The notes below the pieces were generated by a model. It did not search any database and was not told the DNA's origin. It saw only the letters and a program-made list of their open reading frames with translations. Made by a program: the position numbers and the translations under genes. A stretch of 64,000 bases of DNA from NCBI GenBank assembly GCA_963777505.1, contig CAVZQN010000004.1:672001-736000 (forward strand), read 5' to 3'. Every line of letters starts with the position of its first letter. Within the stretch, counting starts at the first letter, position 1. This DNA is from an uncultured bacterium. Lineage in GTDB: Bacteria; Acidobacteriota; HRBIN11; JAKEFK01. Below, piece after piece: positions 30,844 to 40,102 of this stretch.

Positions 30844-30872
30844 TTGACAGCGGCTCTCGTAGCGGATATCTT
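30844..30872 (+). promoter_or_regulatory. sigma70-type promoter
   Basis: TTGACA-17 nt-TATCTT. Confidence 0.6.
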
Positions 30873-30905
30873 ACTTTCTGAGTCCCCTCTTATTAGGCCT
30901 AACGT

Positions 30906-30942
30906 GGGCTGCGGTCCCCAACCGCAGCCCCATTTGTTTTTT
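30906..30942 (+). terminator. Intrinsic terminator
   Basis: GGGCTGCGGT-CCCA-ACCGCAGCCC then CATTTGTTTTTT. Confidence 0.75.
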
Positions 30943-30992
30943 GGCCTACCATTTCTAAGCCACAGAAAACTTCATGTTATTATGAATTCACC

Positions 30993-32096
30993 ATGTCACA
31001 GGCATTCACTATTGGTATCGAAGAAGAGTATCAAATCGTAGATCCTGAGACGCGTGATTTAAAATCGCATGTTTCAGTAATTCTTGAAGAGGCGATTGCT
31101 CTTTTGGGTGAGCAAGTCAAACCTGAAATGCATCAATGCATGATTGAGGTGGCAACAAACGTCTGCAACAACACAACTGAAGCGCGCACCGATTTGTTTA
31201 ATCTTCGAAAAACAATTTGTGCTCTTGCAGAAAGAAATGGATTGAAAATTGCCGCAGCTTCAACTCATCCATTCGCACACTGGACTGGCCAAAATATTTT
31301 TGAGCACGATCGTTACATGCAAATTGTTGAAGACCATCAAGTGCTTTCGCGAAGTCTTCTTATTTTTGGTCTTCATGTTCATGTGGGTGTTGAAGAACGT
31401 GAAACTGCAATACACATTATGAATGCAGCGAGGTATTTCTTGCCCCATGTTTTGGCGCTTTCAACGAGTTCACCATTCTGGATGAACCATGAAACTGGAT
31501 TGAAATCATATCGTTGCGAGATTTTCAAGAAATTTCCGCGTACTGATATTCCTGATTACTTCAATTCCTGGTCAGAGTATGAAAATTATGTGAGCCTTCT
31601 TGTAAAGACGAAGTGTATTGATAATCCCAAACGCATTTGGTGGGATCTTCGAGTTCATCCAGTTTTTCCGACACTCGAGTTTAGAATCTGCGATATTCCC
31701 ACGAGAGCTGAAGATACGATTGCAATTGCTGCTCTTTTTCAGGCAATCACTGCGAAACTCTATAAATTAATTAAATTAAACCTTGGTTTCCGGCTCTATA
31801 GACGGCTGCTCATTCAAGAAAACAAATGGAGAGCAGTTAGATATGGACTGGATGGCAAACTGATTGATTTCGGAAAACAAACGGAAGTTCCTGCGCGGGA
31901 ATTAATTCATGAACTCATCCAATTTGTTGATGATGTTGTTGATGATTTAGGAAGCCGCAAGGAAATTAATCACATCTATAATATTCTGCGAGATGGAACA
32001 AGTGCGGATCGTCAGCTTAAGGTTTTTCATGAAACTGCTGACTTGCGTCGTGTTGTGGATCACGTAATTGAAGAAACGATGCGTGACGTTCGCTAA
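30993..32096 (+). CDS. Carboxylate-amine ligase (YbdK/GCS2 glutamate-cysteine ligase family)
   Basis: TIGIEEEYQIVD, FGLHVHVG, WWDLR, TLEFRICD, ENKWRAVRYG. Confidence 0.93.
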   Translation: MSQAFTIGIEEEYQIVDPETRDLKSHVSVILEEAIALLGEQVKPEMHQCMIEVATNVCNNTTEARTDLFNLRKTICALAERNGLKIAAASTHPFAHWTGQNIFEHDRYMQIVEDHQVLSRSLLIFGLHVHVGVEERETAIHIMNAARYFLPHVLALSTSSPFWMNHETGLKSYRCEIFKKFPRTDIPDYFNSWSEYENYVSLLVKTKCIDNPKRIWWDLRVHPVFPTLEFRICDIPTRAEDTIAIAALFQAITAKLYKLIKLNLGFRLYRRLLIQENKWRAVRYGLDGKLIDFGKQTEVPARELIHELIQFVDDVVDDLGSRKEINHIYNILRDGTSADRQLKVFHETADLRRVVDHVIEETMRDVR

Positions 32097-32110
32097 ATCC
32101 CGCATTATCA

Positions 32111-32139
32111 TTGATTTCAACCGTTTCCTTTGTTATAGT
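32111..32139 (+). promoter_or_regulatory. tRNA promoter
   Basis: TTGATT-17 nt-TATAGT with TG extension. Confidence 0.6.
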
Positions 32140-32169
32140 ACGAGCTTTCATTGAAAACACTTTTTAGAT

Positions 32170-32242
32170 GCCGGGATAGCTCAGTCGGTAGAGCGAAGGA
32201 CTGAAAATCCTTGCGTGGGCGGTTCGATTCCGTCTCCCGGCA
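32170..32242 (+). tRNA. tRNA-Phe(GAA), CCA not encoded
   Basis: GCCGGGA/TCCCGGC acceptor stem, D arm AGCTCAGTCGGTAGAGC, anticodon loop CTGAAAA, T loop GGTTCGATTCC. Confidence 0.97.
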
Positions 32243-32317
32243 TTCCCATCCTAATTCGCCGCAACGCAGAAATGGAACAAATGAATCAAAAAACAAAATG
32301 AAAGGTAGAGGGAAACT

Positions 32318-33052
32318 ATGGATTGGTTATCAGATCCTCAGGCATGGATTGGTTTATTAACTTTAACTGCATTGGAAATTGTTTTAGGGATCGACAATAT
32401 AGTTTTCATATCTATTCTTTCCGGAAAACTCGCAGCGAATCAACAAAAACGCGCGCGGCGAATCGGTTTGGGGCTGGCCATGATTACCAGGATCATGCTG
32501 CTATTTTCGATCAGCATGATCATGAAATTAACGAGTCCCTGGTTTTCTATCTTTGGAAATGAAATTTCTGGCCGTGATTTGATCCTGATAGTTGGTGGTC
32601 TGTTTTTGCTTGCCAAAAGTACGCATGAAATTCACAGCAAACTTGAAGGCGAGGATCACGAAACAAAGGCTAAAGCTGTTTCCTCTTTTACAAGCGTACT
32701 CATTCAAATCACGTTGTTGGATATCGTGTTTTCATTGGATTCAGTTATCACGGCAGTAGGAATGATTCAGCAGATTAGTATCATGATTATCGCAGTCATT
32801 ATTGCAGTGATTATCATGATGATTTTTGCTGAACCGATCAGCGATTTCGTTCATCGTCATCCGACTGTCAAAATGCTTGCTCTGTCATTTTTACTGATGA
32901 TCGGTCTTTTGCTTATCGCCGATGGGTTTGGTCAACATATTCCTAAAGGCTATGCATATTTCGCAATGGGTTTTTCGGTTTTCGTCGAGGTATTGAACTT
33001 AAGAGCGAAAAAAACGACGTCTGCAGTCAAGTTACACGAACCATACAAGTAA
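32318..33052 (+). CDS. TerC family membrane protein
   Basis: LEIVLGIDNIVFI, DIVFSLDSVITAVG, HIPKGYAYFAM. Confidence 0.94.
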   Translation: MDWLSDPQAWIGLLTLTALEIVLGIDNIVFISILSGKLAANQQKRARRIGLGLAMITRIMLLFSISMIMKLTSPWFSIFGNEISGRDLILIVGGLFLLAKSTHEIHSKLEGEDHETKAKAVSSFTSVLIQITLLDIVFSLDSVITAVGMIQQISIMIIAVIIAVIIMMIFAEPISDFVHRHPTVKMLALSFLLMIGLLLIADGFGQHIPKGYAYFAMGFSVFVEVLNLRAKKTTSAVKLHEPYK

Positions 33053-33105
33053 CTTTTATGCGCTCTTCAACCGGTTTATCAATGGTATAATTAAGGAAGG
33101 GACTC

Positions 33106-35622
33106 ATGGGTAAAATAGCTCTTTTTGTAGCAGGAATTTGCTTTTTCACTCTCATCGGATCACTCTTCGCAGATCCAACATCCAAGATTCATCCTTGGGT
33201 TCTCACAAACACTGCTGGTGGACAACAAGCTGAATTTTTTGTTGTTCTGAAAGAACGCCCCGATCTGTCGCCGGCCTTTCAAATGTCAAGAAAAATCGAT
33301 CGTGGAACGTTTGTGTATCGATCATTGTTTGATACGGCTCAACGCGCTCAAGTTCCACTACAGGATTGGTTGAAAGCCAAAGGCATCAGGTATCAATCGT
33401 TTTACATTATTAATGCATTACTCATCACCGCAGGCCGTGAAATCGCGGATGAACTAGCAGCGCGTGATGATGTAGACAGAATTGAAGGCAATCCAATAAT
33501 CCGAAATATGATTCCAGAGCCTGCGTCTCAGCAAGATTCTCCCAATTCAATGGAAGCCATTGAATGGAGCATTGTTAGAACCAAAGCGCCTGATATGTGG
33601 GCGCTCGGTTATACCGGACAGGGCATCGTTGTCGGTGGAGCCGATACCGGTTATCGATGGACACACAATTCATTGCGCGGAAAATACCGCGGATGGAACG
33701 GATCTACTGCAGACCACGATTTCAACTGGCATGATTCAATTCACAGCGGTGGCGGAGCTTGTGGCGCCAACTCAGCAGCGCCTTGTGATGATAATGGTCA
33801 TGGCACTCATACGATGGGAACTGTCGTTGGAGATGATGGCGGCAGCAATCAAATCGGAATGGCTCCAGGCGCAAAATGGATCGGCTGTCGCAATATGAAT
33901 CAAGGGAATGGAACTCCGGCATCATACATCGAATGTTTTGAATTTTTTCTCGCACCGTATCCAGTCGGTGGAACTCCAGCTCAAGGTGATCCTGCACTCG
34001 CTCCGGATATCACATCGAATTCATGGAGTTGTCCGCCATCGGAAGGATGTTCAGCAACTTCATTACAAGCGGCTGTCGATGCGCAAAAAGCAGCAGGGAT
34101 CATGACTGTAGCTGCTGCTCAAAATTCTGGTCCTTCTTGCGGAACTGTAAACGATCCGATTGGTACGTATTTGTCAGCCTATACAGTTGGTTCTACTACA
34201 AATAACGCCAATAATCTTTTGTCCTCTTTTAGCAGCCGTGGACCAGCCGATTCAACTGGTTTAACAAAACCAAATATTGTTGCTCCCGGCTCCGGGATCC
34301 GTTCAGCATCTGTTAGCAGTGATACCACTTACACAGTTCTAAGTGGAACAAGTATGGCAACTCCTAACGTTGCGGGCGGAATCGCCGTAGTTTGGTCAGC
34401 TCTTCCAACTTATAAAAACGATCAGAATGCAACAGAGACTCTCATGAATGCATCTGCGATTCGTTTGCCGCACATCGTAGAGGCATGCGGCGGAGACTAT
34501 ACAAATGGTCCCAACAATTCCTGGGGACATGGTCTCATGGATGTACTTGCAGCATTCAATTCTGGTTGTACACCTCCGGCAGCACCAGAAAATTTAATCT
34601 CTTCACTCACTGTGAACAATGAAGTCTCACTCACGTGGGAAGCAGGATCGTTGGGTGGCGGCGGTACCAGCTATCAAGTTTTCCGCGGAGCTGGCGCATG
34701 CCCCGGTAGCGGTTTTACGCAAATCGGAAATCCTTCAGTTACAACCTTTCTTGATACCACAGTCAGCAACGGAAACACTTACAGCTATATGGTAAAGGCT
34801 CTTGATGTCTGCGCATCATCCTTTAGCAATTGCACCGATGAAACGATTCCATGCACATATTTATTGACACCGGACAATGCGACCGTTCCAGATACTGGTG
34901 GGCCGGGTTCATTCAATGTAACCGCGGGAGCTAGCTGCAATTGGACTCCAGTTAGCAATGATTCATGGATTCAAGTCACTTCAGGAAGTGGGAATGGAAA
35001 TGGGACTGTCAATTATTCTGTCGATGCCAATCCGGAGGACACACCTCGTAGCGGAACGATTACAGTAGTCGATCAAACTTTTACAATAAACCAGAATGCC
35101 GGCGCAGGTTGTTTGTTCTGTGATGATTTTGAAGATGGCATTCCGCCGGCTGATTGGACCTTTGTAAAACCAGGTTGGACCGAAACAGGCGGATATCTGG
35201 TTGGAACACCCATAAAGAAAAAAGCTGTTGCTGTAGCAACACCTGCGTTTGCTGGTTGTCTGAATTGTACTGTTCAAGCACAAATGCAAACCTCAGGCGG
35301 AGCGAGAAATATTCTTACATTGTTAGCCTGGTACATCAATAAACAAAATACAATGCAATTGTTAATGAGACAGGAATCGGGCAAGTGGATCTTAAAGCAG
35401 CGTTCTGGGGGAAGTGTTGTTGCAAAAGCCAAAGGAAGCTTTCCGATTTCTGTTGGTGTTGACTATACAGTATCTCTTTCTTACAACGGGACTCAGTTTG
35501 AATTGTCAGTAAATTCAACACCTGTTCTGACACTCATTCCAGCTCAACCTGTATCTGCAGGTACAGCTGGATTCGAATCAAGAAATACAATAGGAAAGTT
35601 TAGCGAAATCTCAATTAATTAA
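33106..35622 (+). CDS. Secreted S8 peptidase (bacillopeptidase F-like) with FN3-like, BACON-like and shared C-terminal domain
   Basis: GADTG, GHGTHTMGT, GTSMATP; CNWTPVSNDSWI (BACON-like); tail starting CLFCDDFEDG. Confidence 0.9.
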   Translation: MGKIALFVAGICFFTLIGSLFADPTSKIHPWVLTNTAGGQQAEFFVVLKERPDLSPAFQMSRKIDRGTFVYRSLFDTAQRAQVPLQDWLKAKGIRYQSFYIINALLITAGREIADELAARDDVDRIEGNPIIRNMIPEPASQQDSPNSMEAIEWSIVRTKAPDMWALGYTGQGIVVGGADTGYRWTHNSLRGKYRGWNGSTADHDFNWHDSIHSGGGACGANSAAPCDDNGHGTHTMGTVVGDDGGSNQIGMAPGAKWIGCRNMNQGNGTPASYIECFEFFLAPYPVGGTPAQGDPALAPDITSNSWSCPPSEGCSATSLQAAVDAQKAAGIMTVAAAQNSGPSCGTVNDPIGTYLSAYTVGSTTNNANNLLSSFSSRGPADSTGLTKPNIVAPGSGIRSASVSSDTTYTVLSGTSMATPNVAGGIAVVWSALPTYKNDQNATETLMNASAIRLPHIVEACGGDYTNGPNNSWGHGLMDVLAAFNSGCTPPAAPENLISSLTVNNEVSLTWEAGSLGGGGTSYQVFRGAGACPGSGFTQIGNPSVTTFLDTTVSNGNTYSYMVKALDVCASSFSNCTDETIPCTYLLTPDNATVPDTGGPGSFNVTAGASCNWTPVSNDSWIQVTSGSGNGNGTVNYSVDANPEDTPRSGTITVVDQTFTINQNAGAGCLFCDDFEDGIPPADWTFVKPGWTETGGYLVGTPIKKKAVAVATPAFAGCLNCTVQAQMQTSGGARNILTLLAWYINKQNTMQLLMRQESGKWILKQRSGGSVVAKAKGSFPISVGVDYTVSLSYNGTQFELSVNSTPVLTLIPAQPVSAGTAGFESRNTIGKFSEISIN

Positions 35623-35704
35623 GAGCGGACTTAAGCCGAAAGATTCTTATTAGGCGTGAAAAAGAATTATTAATCGGAGCCCCCCGATGATTAAGGAGTC
35701 GCCT

Positions 35705-36460
35705 ATGAAAGTTGTTCGGATTCTGTTTTTTGTTTTTCTTGTTCCAACTCTTGCCTTCGCACAATACAAAATCGTTCTTAAGAACGGAAAAGTAATTGAA
35801 GGGAAGTACTTGCATGAGGACCAGGCAAACATTTACGTCGAGTCCAATGGAATTCAAATGAATTTCAAAAAAGAAAGATTGGATCTCGATAAAATGAAAG
35901 AACTGAATACGACCGTACCTGCTCCTGTAGAAGTGCCAGCCCAGAAGCCCGCTTCCCGAACCGCAGCAGCACCCAAGGCTTCCGTAAAAAAAGCAGCCCG
36001 CGTTTATACTACTGAAGACCTCAAACAGATGAAGGAAATCTGGGATGAAGGCAAAGAAGAAACTGAAGCGAGTCCTGCTGAGGCGGCATCACCGGTAGCG
36101 CAATCTGAAGTTCCTCAAACAGCACCTGTTGCGGCAGAAGTTCCAGAGACGGCTTCCGAAGTTCAGACAATGCCATCAGAAAGTGTTGCGCCAGTTCCGG
36201 CTTCTCCCGAAGCACAATCTCAACCCGTTGAAGCTGTTGTTCCGGCTGAGCCTTCAGGTCCGCGTGATGAGAAAACGATCAGGGACGAGATTGAAACGAC
36301 TCAATTGCAGATAACAGAGACTGAAAAACTGATTCAGGAGCTCCGCGCGAAAGGTCGTGTCACTGCAAACTGGGAAAAACTTGTTGTAAAGCAGAAGCAG
36401 CGCATTGTTGATTTGCAGCAAGAATTGAAGGATTCCATCGCCGCGCGTAAACGTTCGTAG
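35705..36460 (+). CDS. Exported hypothetical protein with Ala/Pro/Glu-rich linker and C-terminal coiled coil
   Basis: AAGGAG RBS before ATG 35705; signal peptide ending AFA; IVLKNGKVIEG beta domain. Confidence 0.75.
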   Translation: MKVVRILFFVFLVPTLAFAQYKIVLKNGKVIEGKYLHEDQANIYVESNGIQMNFKKERLDLDKMKELNTTVPAPVEVPAQKPASRTAAAPKASVKKAARVYTTEDLKQMKEIWDEGKEETEASPAEAASPVAQSEVPQTAPVAAEVPETASEVQTMPSESVAPVPASPEAQSQPVEAVVPAEPSGPRDEKTIRDEIETTQLQITETEKLIQELRAKGRVTANWEKLVVKQKQRIVDLQQELKDSIAARKRS

Positions 36461-36491
36461 TAGGGCACGCAGTGCAGTCTTTACGCCGGGG

Positions 36492-36534
36492 TTGACACGG
36501 CTCGTCCACAGTGCTACTTTAGTATACTAAAGCG
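36492..36534 (+). promoter_or_regulatory. Promoter overlapped by a HisR/YerC-type operator
   Basis: TTGACA-17-TACTTT; palindrome TACTTTAGTATACTAAAGCG at 36515-36534. Confidence 0.8.
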
Positions 36535-36822
36535 ATGAGAAAAGTAGCTTCCAAAGATGTTGATGCGTTATACCGCGCCGTTCTTACTTTGCGAACCGTA
36601 AGCGAGGCACGCCGATTCTTCCGTGACTTGCTTACCCCCACTGAAATTGAAGAATTTGCCGAACGCTGGAAAGCAGCACGAATGCTCGCTGATGGTGTTC
36701 CCTATACTCAAATCGTAGAAAAAACGGGAATCAGCTCCACAACTGTCGCACGTGTATCACGATGGTTGAAGAAGGGTACCGGCGGCTACAAATTGGCCCT
36801 TCGCCGTTCTCACCGTTTTTAG
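36535..36822 (+). CDS. YerC/TrpR-family repressor (HisR-like)
   Basis: FFRDLLTPTEI...ERWKAARML..Y..I...TGISSTTVARVSRWL..G.GGY; heads the his operon. Confidence 0.9.
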   Translation: MRKVASKDVDALYRAVLTLRTVSEARRFFRDLLTPTEIEEFAERWKAARMLADGVPYTQIVEKTGISSTTVARVSRWLKKGTGGYKLALRRSHRF

Positions 36823-36838
36823 TTTTTTTTAACCAGAA

Positions 36839-36858
36839 CGCTTTACTCAACTAAAGTA
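36839..36858. promoter_or_regulatory. Second HisR-type operator abutting the hisG start
   Basis: CGCTTTACTCAACTAAAGTA, same CTTTA-N6-TAAAG core. Confidence 0.75.
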
Positions 36859-37733
36859 TGATTGCAAATAATGGTCGTCTTAAAATAGCCGTTCAAAAAA
36901 GTGGACGTATCACTGAGGATTCACTTCATTTGCTGCGTTCCACTGGTCTAGCATTTGAATATACCGGACGTTCCTTGCTTTCTCCCTGTGAAAATTTTCC
37001 GCTGGATATTCTCTGGCTCCGTGATGATGACATCCCTGAATATGTTCAGGATGGTGTGAGTGACCTCGGAATCGTAGGACTCAATGTGCTTGAGGAACGC
37101 CGGGCCCGCGTTCGAACTCTTGAGCATCTTGGATTTGGACGTTGTCGATTGAGCATTTGTGTTCCTCAGGAAAGTAAATTTGGTAAACTATCGGATCTTC
37201 GAAAAAAGCGCATTGCAACTTCGTATCCTCGTGCATTGAAGCGCTACTTGAATGCACAGAATATAAAAGCGGAAATCATCGAAATTAGCGGATCTGTGGA
37301 GCTTGCTCCGGCATTAGATGTTGCCGATGCAATCTGTGATCTGGTGTCAACGGGAAGTACGGCACGCGTCAATGGACTTGAACCCAAATTTACAGTATTC
37401 GAATCTGAAGCAATTTTGATCGCAAATAATTCTGCGCTTGAAAATCCAGAAAGAAAAAAAGATATAGAAAGATTAGTATTTCGAATTCGTTGTACACGAA
37501 ATGCCCATGGCCGCAAATACGTAATGATGAACGCGCCCGCTTCCAAAGTTGAACGCATTCGTCAACTTGTTCCTGGAATGAAGAGTCCCACTGTTGTTCC
37601 TCTGGCGAATCCTGAAATGGTTGCAATTCATTCTGTCGTTGCAGAAGATGGTTTGTGGGAACTCATCGAAAAATTAAAACAAGCTGGTGCAAGCGACATC
37701 ATTGTTGTTCCGATTGAAAAGATGATTTCATGA
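36858..37733 (+). CDS. hisG: ATP phosphoribosyltransferase, long form
   Basis: IAVQKSGR, LRDDDIP, GSVELAP, DLVSTGST; C-terminal regulatory domain. Confidence 0.97.
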   Translation: MIANNGRLKIAVQKSGRITEDSLHLLRSTGLAFEYTGRSLLSPCENFPLDILWLRDDDIPEYVQDGVSDLGIVGLNVLEERRARVRTLEHLGFGRCRLSICVPQESKFGKLSDLRKKRIATSYPRALKRYLNAQNIKAEIIEISGSVELAPALDVADAICDLVSTGSTARVNGLEPKFTVFESEAILIANNSALENPERKKDIERLVFRIRCTRNAHGRKYVMMNAPASKVERIRQLVPGMKSPTVVPLANPEMVAIHSVVAEDGLWELIEKLKQAGASDIIVVPIEKMIS

Positions 37734-40102
37734 CTATGATGAAAATTTACCAGTACAATGAACTCAATGAGATGACGTTGCAGTCTCTTACACGCAGGCC
37801 TTCATTCAGTTCGGCTGCTGATTTGGAGAGCGTACATGCGGTAATCCGTGATGTTGAATTAAACGGAGATGAGGCGGTGCGCCGTTATACGCTGCAATGG
37901 GATGGCATATTTGTTGAGACACTGGAGGTTTCATCTGAGGAATGGGCAGAAGGTGCATCCAGTGTGTCTGGAGAAGTTTGGTCTGCGTTGCATAAAGCTG
38001 CACGCAATATTGAAGCTTTTCACAGGCAGCAAATCCCGGTGTCAATCGAATTAGAAACAGCGCCGGGGGTCTTGTGTAAACGGGAATGGCGTCCACTTCG
38101 GCGTGTTGGTTTATATGTTCCTGGCGGCACTGCGCCTCTTGTCTCCACAGTCTTGATGCTGGGAATTCCAGCGCGTCTAGCCGGCTGTTCAGAGATATTC
38201 CTTTTCTCGCCGCCTGATAGCGATGGCTTAATTGCTCCTGCCATACTTGCTGCCGCAAGAGTTGCAGGTGTACATCGTATTTTCAGGGTAGGTGGTTCTC
38301 AAGCGATCGCAGCAATGGCTTTAGGAACTGAAACAATTCCGCGTGTGGATAAAATTTTTGGACCTGGAAACAGGTTTGTTACCGCAGCAAAAGCAGCAGT
38401 ATCACGTTCGCCTTACAATACAGGAATTGATTTGATCGCGGGTCCCAGTGAACTACTTATTATTGCGGATGAAACTTCCGATACTGATTGGCTTGCTGCA
38501 GACTTGTTAACTCAAACAGAACATGGAAGCGATTCGCAGGTTGTTCTGATCTCTACTTCTGCGGATCTCGTTACTACGATCATTGCGAAGCTGAAAGATC
38601 GTCTTGAATTATTACCTCGAAAATCGATAGCGGAAGAATCGCTCCAACATAGTTTTGCAATCATTACTGAGAATCTCAATCAGGCATTTCATTTTGCAAA
38701 CTTGTACGCTCCTGAACATTTAATGATTTCAGTTCAGGATGCTGAAAAGTACACTTCAGAAATTCAAAATGCCGGATCTGTGTTTTTAGGTCCGCTGACG
38801 ACAGTCGTTTTTGGAGATTATGCTTCTGGAACAAACCATACACTTCCTACGAATGGCACTGCACGATTTAGCGGTGGGTTAATTGTAGAAAGTTTTATGA
38901 AGCCGATCAGCTTTCAAAAAGTATCCTCTGAAGGTGTTGCGGCGCTCGTAGATACAGTTCGAGTTCTTGCACGCGTGGAAGGTCTCGAAGCACATGCGAT
39001 TGCGGCGGAATTTCGGATTATTGCGGCAACAGTTTCTCCGCCAAATCCCTCCAATACTGTCGATCATTGTATTCGGCCAAACCTGCGCAATTTTATTCCT
39101 TACACTTCGGCACGAAGCGAATCCATTCAAGGCAGCATCTATCTCGATGCAAATGAATTGTCATCAGGAAGCGTCATTTCAAATGATATCGTTTCACTCA
39201 ATCGTTATCCTGATCCAGTTCAATCTGAACTTCGATCAAGCCTTGCTGAAAGACTGGATGTTCCCGCCGATTCTGTATTTACAGGAAACGGATCGGATGA
39301 AATTATCGATCTTCTGGTGCGGCTATTTTGCGAACCACATAAAGATGAAGTCGCAATTCTTGATCCAACGTATGGCGTTTACGAAGTTGCTGCCCAGGTG
39401 CAATCTGCAAGAGTCGTAAAAATCAGCTTAGATGATCATTTCCAGATTCATACTGAGTCTGTACTGGAATGTACCGGTCATTCAACGCACTTGCTTTTTT
39501 GCTGCTCGCCGAATAACCCAACCGGAAATCTGTTAAATCGCGACAGCATTCTAGAGCTTGTCACAGCGCTTAGAAATACAATTGTAGTCGTTGATGAAGC
39601 CTACATAGAGTTTGCTCAGACTTCTTCGCTGGCAAAAGAAGCCGCGTCTTTTCCGAATCTTGTGGTTTTACGGACTCTTTCCAAAGCCTGGGGTTTAGCC
39701 GGAATTCGTCTTGGTTATTGCATTGCTTCTCCTTTGATTATTGCAGCTCTTAACAAAATAAAGCCGCCTTACAATGTGAATGCTTTGACAATGCAAACTG
39801 CGTTGAGCGCCTTGAAGCATCGCGCCTTTGTGGATAAGACAGTACAAACAATTGCTGCAGAGCGATTTCGTCTGGGTGAAGTATTAGGCACTCTTCCTTC
39901 TGTCGTTTACGTTTATCCAAGCGCCGCTAACTTCTTGCTAGTCCGGTTTAGAGATGCAGTGGCTGCATACCGAAGACTGTTATCTGAAGGGATCGTCGTC
40001 CGTCGACGATCAGAAAAACGGCTTCAGGACTGTTTGCGGATCACGATTGGAACACCTGAAGAAAATAGCCGCGTATTAACTGTTCTGTCGGGGCTCGAAT
40101 GA
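37730..40102 (+). CDS. hisD: Fused histidinol dehydrogenase / histidinol-phosphate aminotransferase (HisD-HisC)
   Basis: HisD: GLYVPGGTAP, AGPSE, QTEH, APEHL, GDYASGTNHTLPT; HisC: LDANE, NRYPD, GNGSDE, SPNNPTG, RTLSKAWGLAGIRLG; single 790-aa frame. Confidence 0.92.
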   Translation: MTMMKIYQYNELNEMTLQSLTRRPSFSSAADLESVHAVIRDVELNGDEAVRRYTLQWDGIFVETLEVSSEEWAEGASSVSGEVWSALHKAARNIEAFHRQQIPVSIELETAPGVLCKREWRPLRRVGLYVPGGTAPLVSTVLMLGIPARLAGCSEIFLFSPPDSDGLIAPAILAAARVAGVHRIFRVGGSQAIAAMALGTETIPRVDKIFGPGNRFVTAAKAAVSRSPYNTGIDLIAGPSELLIIADETSDTDWLAADLLTQTEHGSDSQVVLISTSADLVTTIIAKLKDRLELLPRKSIAEESLQHSFAIITENLNQAFHFANLYAPEHLMISVQDAEKYTSEIQNAGSVFLGPLTTVVFGDYASGTNHTLPTNGTARFSGGLIVESFMKPISFQKVSSEGVAALVDTVRVLARVEGLEAHAIAAEFRIIAATVSPPNPSNTVDHCIRPNLRNFIPYTSARSESIQGSIYLDANELSSGSVISNDIVSLNRYPDPVQSELRSSLAERLDVPADSVFTGNGSDEIIDLLVRLFCEPHKDEVAILDPTYGVYEVAAQVQSARVVKISLDDHFQIHTESVLECTGHSTHLLFCCSPNNPTGNLLNRDSILELVTALRNTIVVVDEAYIEFAQTSSLAKEAASFPNLVVLRTLSKAWGLAGIRLGYCIASPLIIAALNKIKPPYNVNALTMQTALSALKHRAFVDKTVQTIAAERFRLGEVLGTLPSVVYVYPSAANFLLVRFRDAVAAYRRLLSEGIVVRRRSEKRLQDCLRITIGTPEENSRVLTVLSGLE

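Noticed and set aside
32243-36460. Genomic island integrated at tRNA-Phe
   Set aside because: No integrase and no duplicated tRNA 3' end seen downstream
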